Below are positions 58,114 to 64,000 of a DNA stretch of 64,000 nucleotides, piece by piece; the first letter of the stretch is position 1, and each line of letters starts with the position of its first letter. The stretch spans positions 12,049 to 76,048 of the forward strand of contig CAWIZN010000033.1 of the NCBI GenBank assembly GCA_963840495.1. The letters run 5' to 3'. The notes beneath the pieces are model-generated. The model had not been told where the DNA came from and searched no databases. It saw only the letters and a list, made by a program, of their open reading frames with translations. This DNA is from an uncultured Candidatus Rokubacteria bacterium. GTDB lineage: Bacteria; Methylomirabilota; Methylomirabilia; Rokubacteriales; CSP1-6. The position numbers and the translations under genes were made by a program.

Positions 58114-58440
58114 GTGCGATCGTCCTTTCTGTGTGGGGCCTGTTTCAGAATTGTCGCCGAGCCTCCCACCAGGCTCGACCCCGTTCAACCGTTCTACCCG
58201 CCAACCCGGCTCGCCTGCCGTCTGTCACGCTTCCTGCGAACGCTCGCTAGGGGTGCAGGAGCGATGCCATGCCCGCCCAATGCCAGAGACTTCATATGTT
58301 TCAAGGGTTTATGGCTTCTACGCCCGGGTCGGCTGGGCATTCCAGGTGGCGTTCTGCCGCTTGGGGCCGAGCCACCTACCCGGCAAACTGCAAGGGTCAG
58401 GTCGTCGCTGTCCGGGACCTACTTCGCGGCCTTCGCCTCA

Positions 58441-59300
58441 TAGCGGAACTTCGACATCTCGGCGAGTTGATCGAGCGTCATCACTCCCTCCCGGGTCTGG
58501 CCATTGATGACCCAGGTAGGAAACGACTTCACCCCGGCTTGCCGGCAGAGGTCGGGCCGGGGATTGGCGCCCTTCGGGTCGCACTCCACATACGGGATGT
58601 CCTTCGCCGCGGGCCCGAACCGGGCCTTTTGCTCTTGGCACGCCGGTCACCAGAACGCGCCGTACATCACCGCTTTCGTGTCGGCGAGGTGACGCGCGAG
58701 CGCGGATTGGTAGCCCGGCGGAGCGGAGAAGGGAGCGGCAAACACGAAGGCGGCGACGACGACGGCGCCCACGGCAGCGAGCCCTCCGTTCGTGGCGAGC
58801 CGGGCCGAGCTCATCGCCGGCTTCCGGTTCCGCGCCGCGGGCCGGCGCATCACGAGGACCGCGAGCATTGCGATCAAAATGACGGCTGACGTGAGACACC
58901 AGACACAGGTCGCGCCGAGATCGAACACGGACAGCCAAGTGAGGTAGGCCGAAAACCCCACACCACCTGCGGCCAACGCGAACGCGATCGGCCAATTGCG
59001 CGGCGTGAGCCCCATCCAGGCAAGGACGCCGATCGCCACGTAGGTGGCGAGGCCCCAGAGTGCCGTCGGCACCCACAGGAATGTCGCGTACCGACTCGCC
59101 TGCACGATGTCGCATCCGCTGCCCGCGACGCAGAGCGCCGCTCCGGAACCGCTCAACTTGAGCCAGGTAAGATAGGCCGCGACGAGCATGCCGGCCGCGG
59201 CGAGCCCGCTCAGCACCCAGTCCGGGCGCTCGACGGGTGACGCTGCGGGCTCGGTCTTGCGTTTGACCTCGACCTTGCGCTTGCGATCGACGTGAGCCAT
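58441..59300 (-). CDS. VKOR-thioredoxin-like fusion protein with in-frame UGA (58647..58649) at the first Cys position of the C-terminal CxxC, read as selenocysteine (motif W-U-P-A-C)
   Basis: ORF 58647..59300 has VKOR TM helices with CVAGSGCD and CVWC motifs and ends ..MYGAFW-TGA. The same frame continues PACQEQKARFGPAAKDIPYVECDPKGANPRPDLCRQAGVKSFPTWVINGQTREGVMTLDQLAEMSKFRYEAKAAK* (thioredoxin fold). Confidence 0.5.
58612..58626 (-). promoter_or_regulatory. Putative SECIS-like hairpin GGCCCG-GUU-CGGGCC 20 nt downstream of UGA 58647..58649
   Basis: Perfect 6-bp stem, U-containing loop, immediately 3' of the in-frame UGA on the coding (minus) strand. Confidence 0.35.
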
Positions 59301-59481
59301 GCCTTCCTCCCGGCGATTATCGCACGGCCCGGGGTGGATGCCTCCTCAGCCGCGCGCGCCCGTCTTCTTCGCCGCCCTGGTCACGGCGGCAAGCGCGCCC
59401 TGCGTCGCCCTTTTCCGCTTCCTCGAGCGGGGTGCGCCCAAGGCGCAACAGCGGGTGTAGATTGAGATCGAGAGTCCAGTC

Positions 59482-59877
59482 ATGAACGTCATCGATATCC
59501 CCGCTACACTCAGCGCCTTCGGCGCGCCTCCGGCGCCCGCGACCGCGACCGTGCAGAATCAAAGCCCCGCGGAGCGCCTCCGGCGAACCGCCGCCGGCGG
59601 CGGCCTTTGCGCGGGCCTGGCCTTGGTCAGCCTGTTCATCCCCGTCGCGCACTTCATCCTGGTGCCCACGTTCATCGGGGCGGGCATTGCGGTGGCCGTC
59701 GCTCGAGCCCGTGAGGACACGAGGCTTCTCCGGGTGCATGGCGTCTGCCCGCGATGTGTGACGGCACAGGATTTCGAGGGCGGCGGCCGGTTCACCCCGA
59801 CGCGAAGCCTCGACTGCCCGAAGTGCCACACCAACCTGATCCTGACCGCGAGCCTGGAGCGGCCCGCGCAGGGCTGA
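59482..59877 (+). CDS. Small membrane protein with C-terminal zinc ribbon (CPRC...CPKC), hypothetical
   Basis: 131 aa. One or two hydrophobic helices (LCAGLALVSLFIPVAHFILVPTFIGAGIAVAVA) followed by CxxC-x27-CxxC. Directly upstream of the B12-binding radical SAM gene. Confidence 0.4.
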   Translation: MNVIDIPATLSAFGAPPAPATATVQNQSPAERLRRTAAGGGLCAGLALVSLFIPVAHFILVPTFIGAGIAVAVARAREDTRLLRVHGVCPRCVTAQDFEGGGRFTPTRSLDCPKCHTNLILTASLERPAQG

Positions 59878-59887
59878 GGCACGATCC

Positions 59888-61278
59888 GTGAGGGCGCCAG
59901 GCGAGATCCTGCTCATCGCCGGCTATGAGCTCGGCCATCAGCCGCTCGCGGTCGCATGGCCGGCCGCCTTCCTCGAGCGGCTCGGTTATCAGCCGGCCGT
60001 GATGGACGTGTCGGTGGAGGCCTTCGACGCCCGGCGCGCCAGGCAGGCGAAGCTCGTGGCCGTGTCGGTGCCCATGCACACCGCCCTGCGCATCGGCGTC
60101 ACGGTCATCGACCGTGTGCGCGCGGTGAACCCCGACTGCCACCTGTGCTTCTACGGCCTGTACGCGAGCCTCAATGCCGAGTATCTCCTCGGCCATGGCG
60201 CCGACAGCGTGATCGGCGGCGAGGCAGAAGGCCCGCTCGGCGAGCTGGCAACCGCGCTCGAGACCGGCGCGGCCACGCCGAGCTCGGTCGAGGACAAAGG
60301 CGCAACCGGCCGGGCCCTATCTCAGGCGCCTCGACTTTCCCGTCCCGAGCCGCGCGCAGCTTCCTGCCCTTCAGACGTACGTGAAGATCGAGCGCGGCGG
60401 CCGGCAAGATCCGGCCGGGTACGTCGAGGCGAGCCGCGGCTGCCGGCATCTCTGCCGGCACTGCCCGATCCCGCCGGTCTATGGCGGCCGGTTCTTCGCG
60501 GTGCCGCGCGACGTCGTCCTCGCGGACATCCGGCAACAGGTGGCGGCGGGCGCCACTCACATCACCTTCGGCGACCCCGACTTTCTGAACGGGCCCACGC
60601 ATGCGCTCCGGCTGGCGCGCGAGCTCCACGCGGAGATGCCGGCGCTCACCTTCGACTTCACCGCGAAGATCGAGCACCTGATCGCCCATCGGGACCTCCT
60701 GAAGGAGCTCGCGGCCTGCGGAGGCATCTTCGTCGTCTCCGCCGCCGAGTCGCTGAGCCCGGCGGTCCTCGAGCACCTCGACAAGGGCCATACGCGGGCC
60801 GATATCGTCCAGGCGATCCAGGCGGCGCGCGGGGCGGGCATCGCCTTCCGGCCGACCTGGGTCGCGTTCACGCCTTGGACCACCCTGACCGACTACCGGG
60901 AGATGCTCGATTTCATCGAGGCGCGAGGAGCTGATCGACCACGTCGAGCCCGTCCAGTACGCGCTCCGGCTCCTCGTCCCGCCCGGCTCGCTGCTCGTCG
61001 ACAGCGCCGCGATGCGCCCGTACCTGGGCGCGCTCGAGGAGGGGACGTTCTCCTATCGCTGGGAGCACCCCGATCCCCGGATGGACGCGCTGCAAGAGGC
61101 CGTGATGGCGCGCGTGACCCGGGCGGCGGAGACCCGGGAAGATCCCGCCGTGACCTTCGACCACGTGAGGGCGCTCGCGAATGAGGCGGCGGGAGCCGCG
61201 GTGGCGCGGGCCGCGGCGGCCCAGCTCGCCGCCGACCGGCCGCGCCCGCCCCGGCTCACCGAGCCGTGGTTCTGCTGA
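59888..61278 (+). CDS. B12-binding-domain radical SAM protein, with two single-base frameshifts (~60300 and ~60915)
   Basis: N-terminal cobalamin-binding-like domain (ILLIAGYELGHQPLAV..). After the first shift, ..RPYLRRLDFPVPSRAQLPALQTYVKIERGGRQD..ASRGCRHLCRHCPI (CxxxCxxC radical SAM core). After the second, ..EELIDHVEPVQYALRLLVPPGSLLVDSAAMRPYLGALEEGTFSYRWEHPDP.. Confidence 0.55.
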
Positions 61279-61361
61279 GCGGAGCCGACACGGGGCCAGT
61301 TGGCCCTGAGCGGGAAATCGAGTACAGTGGTGATCTGATCCACCCCCAGAGAGGTGACGCC

Positions 61362-61641
61362 ATGAGCACAGAGCTCACGACCCGAGTGCAAGAGCTGATC
61401 GATTCCACCATCAATCCCGGCGGTCGCTGGGCATGGTGGCTTCGTCCAGCTCATCGACGTGAAGGAAAACAAGGTGTATCTGCAGATGGGCGGCGGATGC
61501 CAGGGCTGTGGCGCCGCTGACGTCACGCTGAAGTCCGGCATCGAGCGCCTGATCAAGGAAGAGATCCCCGAGATCGAGGAAGTGCTGGATACGACGGACC
61601 ACGAGTCCGGGTCGAATCCGTACTACACGCCTCAAAAGTAG
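61362..61641 (+). CDS. NifU-like Fe-S cluster assembly/carrier domain protein (Nfu-type), with one frameshift at ccCGGCGG ~61425
   Basis: ATG after AGAGAGGTGA gives [19 protein letters not shown].. After removing one G it reads ..[55 protein letters not shown].. (CxxC Nfu motif). Confidence 0.6.
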
Positions 61642-61675
61642 CGGTCCCCGGCCCCAGGCCTCAGGGGCCTCGAGG

Positions 61676-61990
61676 TCAGCCGGCGCGCCCGCTCGACGGA
61701 ACAGCGGGCGCGCCAGCCCTGAAGCGCGCCGCGCGGCGGCGCACCCACTCCCAGCCGCGGACCGCCAGCAATACCACCAGGATCCCGCGTAGTAGTACGG
61801 ATCGGGATTGGCCTTCTTCGCCAGCCAGAGGTAGTGCAGGACGGCGCAGACGCCGATCACGTAGGCCAGCCGGTGGAGACGCTGCCAGTTTCGGCCGCCG
61901 AGTCGCTTGATCGCGGCCGTGGTCGAGGTGGCGGCGAGCGGCAGCATGAGGATGAGCGCGGCGAGTCCTACCGTGAGAACCGGCAGGCGG
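61676..61990 (-). pseudogene. msrQ: MsrQ/YedZ-like (ferric-reductase-type heme b membrane subunit) C-terminal fragment, 5'-truncated at MITE F and frameshifted at a G-run
   Basis: ..LAALILMLPLAATSTTAAIKRLGGRNWQRLHRLAYVIGVCAVLHYLWLAKKANPDPYYYAG / ILVVLLAVRGWEWVRRR..* matches the last two TM helices of MsrQ. Upstream coding is replaced by MITE sequence. Confidence 0.45.
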
Positions 61991-62106
61991 CTCAGACGGG
62001 TCCAGCTGCGAGGCGGCGCCCGAAGGCAGCCGGCGAGGCGTAGTCGCTCTACGTTGAGCCGGCTGCCGAGGGCGCCGTACCTCCGCAGATGGGCCTTTTT
62101 CAGCCG
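61990..62106. mobile_element. MITE-like element copy F (short subfamily). Its 3' TIR contains the stop codon of the RDD gene.
   Basis: ..gacgggtccagctgcgaggcggcgcccgaaggc...gccgtacctccgcagatgggcctttttcagc. Near-identical to copy C's interior and copy B's 3' end. Confidence 0.55.
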
Positions 62107-62543
62107 CCCGCGCGGACGACCCGTGTCCCGGCGAGCCAGTCAGCGAGCCCTCGCCGCTCGCGCGTGACGAGCATGCCGAGGCCGGCGAGTCCGAGCGTCA
62201 CGATCGAGACGCAACCACCGAGGCACCGCGCGAGCGCGCGGCCATAGCCGGGCGCCCCGCCGTCGCGTCGCACCACCGCGATCCCCAGCGCCATGCGCCC
62301 CGGGGTCTGCCCGCAGCCGCCGACGAATGCGACGTGATACACGACGTGCAGGACGATGCCGAGTACCAGGATGGCCGCGAGCAGGAGCGCCGCGTCCCCG
62401 AGCTCGAGGGGCGAGGTACGGAAGCCCCATACGCCGACCACGATGCACATCGCGCTCCAGAGCCATACGAGCGCACCGATCGCCCCGTCGAGTGCGGCGG
62501 CGGCCCCACGGCGCCAGAAGCCCGCCGTCGTGAGGTCGGTCAC
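62100..62543 (-). CDS. RDD-family membrane protein
   Basis: GTG start gives VTDLTTAGFWRRGAAAALDGAIGALVWL.. with ..GQTPGRMALGIAVVRRDG.. and ..RGLADWLAGTRVV (the R-D-D region). The stop codon tca 62100..62102 lies within the MITE TIR. Confidence 0.55.
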   Translation of the reverse strand: MTDLTTAGFWRRGAAAALDGAIGALVWLWSAMCIVVGVWGFRTSPLELGDAALLLAAILVLGIVLHVVYHVAFVGGCGQTPGRMALGIAVVRRDGGAPGYGRALARCLGGCVSIVTLGLAGLGMLVTRERRGLADWLAGTRVVRAGG

Positions 62544-64000
62544 GGTTTGGCGGCGGTGGGGACCAGCGCCGGCGGCGGCTCCGCCGACGACGCGGCGCCG
62601 TAGAGACGCCGGTACTCGTCCCACGACAGCATCACCCGCTTGACGAACGCGCGCGTCTCGTTGAACGGGATCTGCTCGACCCAGACTTCGAGATCGTCGG
62701 AGCGGCGGCTGCCCCACCACTCGCGCACGCGGGTGGGACCGGCATTGTACGCGGCGGCGGCGAGCCGCGCGTCGCCGAACTCGCGGAGGAGACCCGACAG
62801 GTACCCCGAGCCCATGTCGAGATTGGCGGCGGGGTCGTCGAGCAGATCGCCGTTGTTGAACGGCAGCCGGCGCGCCTGCGCCATTGGCCGCGCGGTGTCC
62901 GGCATGAGCTGCATGAGCCCGCGCGCGCCGACACGCGAGCGCGCCTGCGGGTAGAACGAGGACTCCTCCCGGACCACCGCCGCCACCAGCAGAGGGTCGA
63001 TGATGGCGCGCCCTGCCGCCTCGGTGAGCTCGGCTCGCCATCCGAGCGGGTAGTACATCTCCCAGAACGCGCGCGGCAGGCTCGCGAGACCGCTCCGTGC
63101 ATAGGGCTGGAAATGCCGGCGGAGAATGCGCAGCGCCAGATGGTGGCGCGATTCCTGAGCGTAGACCGACGACAGCGCGTAGAGCCGCTTCGGCTCGCCG
63201 AGGGAGCGGCGGGTCAGCTCGTCCATCTCCTCGTCCGCGAAGCCCGGGAGCCCCACGGCGCGGAGCGCCTCGACGCGGGCGAATCGCGGATCCGCCTCGA
63301 GGAGCTCGCGCCCATCGGCGGGGAGCGTCAGAGCGACCCCCGTCGCGCGGGGCGGCGACGCCGCGCGGCGGGAGGCGAGGATGCCGTAGTAGCTCCGCGG
63401 CCCATCGGCCTGCACCTGCGCGAACTGACGCGCGGCCGCATCGCCGTCGCCGCGCTGCTCGTGAGCGCGCCCGATCCAGTACGCCGCGGCCTCGCGGTGC
63501 GCCTGTCCACCGCGCACGGCAGCCAGCCGCCCCCACCGAGCCGCCGCCTCGGCATGGGCGCCGCGGAACCAGGACAACCAGCCCAGCCGCCACAGGGCGC
63601 TGCCACCCTCTTCCTGATCCGGATAGTCGGCGGCGAGCTTCTGGTAGACGGCCTCGGCATCCGGAAGGCGCCCCGCGCTCTCGAGGGTACGGGCCTTGAG
63701 GCCGAGCCCCTCCGCCGCCTCCGGGCTCTTCGGATACTCGCGCACGAGCTTGTCGAGCGTCGCGAGCGCCAGGTCACTGCTCTTCCTCTGCTGAAGCCGC
63801 GCGAGATCGAGGAGCCACGGCGCGCGGCGATCGGCGGGCAGCTCACCGAGGGCCCGGTTCACGGTCGCCGTGGCGGCATCGACCCGGCCCGCGCGCCGCG
63901 CGGCATCGGCGACGATCTTGAGCGCCCGGGCGGCGAGATCGGCCGGGAGCTTCGCGTCGAGAAGCGCCTCGGCCTCGCTCCGCGCCGAGTCCCCGGCCCC
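62540..64000 (-). CDS. Soluble lytic murein transglycosylase (SLT domain with TPR-like N-terminal region). 5'-partial: the start lies beyond the window end.
   Basis: ..VVREESSFYPQARSRVGARGLMQLMPDTA.. is the SLT catalytic motif. Upstream TPR-like helical repeats. The frame is open to position 64000. Confidence 0.65.
   Translation of the reverse strand, partial: GAGDSARSEAEALLDAKLPADLAARALKIVADAARRAGRVDAATATVNRALGELPADRRAPWLLDLARLQQRKSSDLALATLDKLVREYPKSPEAAEGLGLKARTLESAGRLPDAEAVYQKLAADYPDQEEGGSALWRLGWLSWFRGAHAEAAARWGRLAAVRGGQAHREAAAYWIGRAHEQRGDGDAAARQFAQVQADGPRSYYGILASRRAASPPRATGVALTLPADGRELLEADPRFARVEALRAVGLPGFADEEMDELTRRSLGEPKRLYALSSVYAQESRHHLALRILRRHFQPYARSGLASLPRAFWEMYYPLGWRAELTEAAGRAIIDPLLVAAVVREESSFYPQARSRVGARGLMQLMPDTARPMAQARRLPFNNGDLLDDPAANLDMGSGYLSGLLREFGDARLAAAAYNAGPTRVREWWGSRRSDDLEVWVEQIPFNETRAFVKRVMLSWDEYRRLYGAASSAEPPPALVPTAAKP

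Noticed and set aside
1-64000. tRNA, rRNA or tmRNA genes
   Set aside because: No cloverleaf-like or rRNA-like conserved stretches were recognised by eye in the intergenic regions. All sizeable intergenic gaps are accounted for by MITE copies or promoter regions.

Overview
This is a ~70% GC window that looks like a chromosomal region from an uncultured soil or sediment bacterium, possibly Rokubacteria-, Deltaproteobacteria- or Acidobacteria-like; that taxonomic guess is inference only. It is mostly metabolic and transport genes: a VapBC toxin-antitoxin pair, amidohydrolases, zinc alcohol dehydrogenases (Zn-ADHs), an ECF sigma/anti-sigma pair, a frameshifted aroA, a PotABCD-like ABC importer, a TRAP DctPQM transporter plus a TAXI-family binding protein, a Wzm/Wzt-GT2 polysaccharide export module, a bad/ali-like alicyclic-acid beta-oxidation cluster, nudC, an amidase and a D-aminoacylase.

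The features that stand out are:
- Two candidate selenoproteins with in-frame UGA exactly where a redox Cys is expected, each followed by a hairpin: a UGSC-motif protein and a VKOR-thioredoxin fusion with U-P-A-C.
- A family of at least six MITE-like elements (120-215 bp) with ~30-bp terminal inverted repeats, scattered in intergenic spaces. One carries the stop codon of one gene and truncates another.
- An uncharacterised Hsp70-Hsp70-DUF2760 three-gene module.
- A secreted protein with ~34 near-perfect tandem SPRSQDIQ octapeptide repeats. A second, 5'-truncated copy is cut by a 2.2-kb DDE-transposase IS element that lies between ~520-bp direct duplications.
- A ~1.1-kb insertion bounded by 85-bp direct repeats at the convergent ends of an amidohydrolase gene and dctM.
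- A thioredoxin-like-ferredoxin/Rieske fusion with its reductase, next to a 2OG oxygenase.
- A low-GC island carrying a GT11-like fucosyltransferase.

Many conserved genes (aroA, both Hsp70s, DUF2760, amidohydrolase, metE-like, enoyl-CoA hydratase, B12-binding radical SAM, NifU, msrQ, transposase) carry single-base frameshifts in GC or homopolymer runs. These look like assembly indel errors rather than true pseudogenes. No rRNA, tRNA or CRISPR array was recognised by eye.
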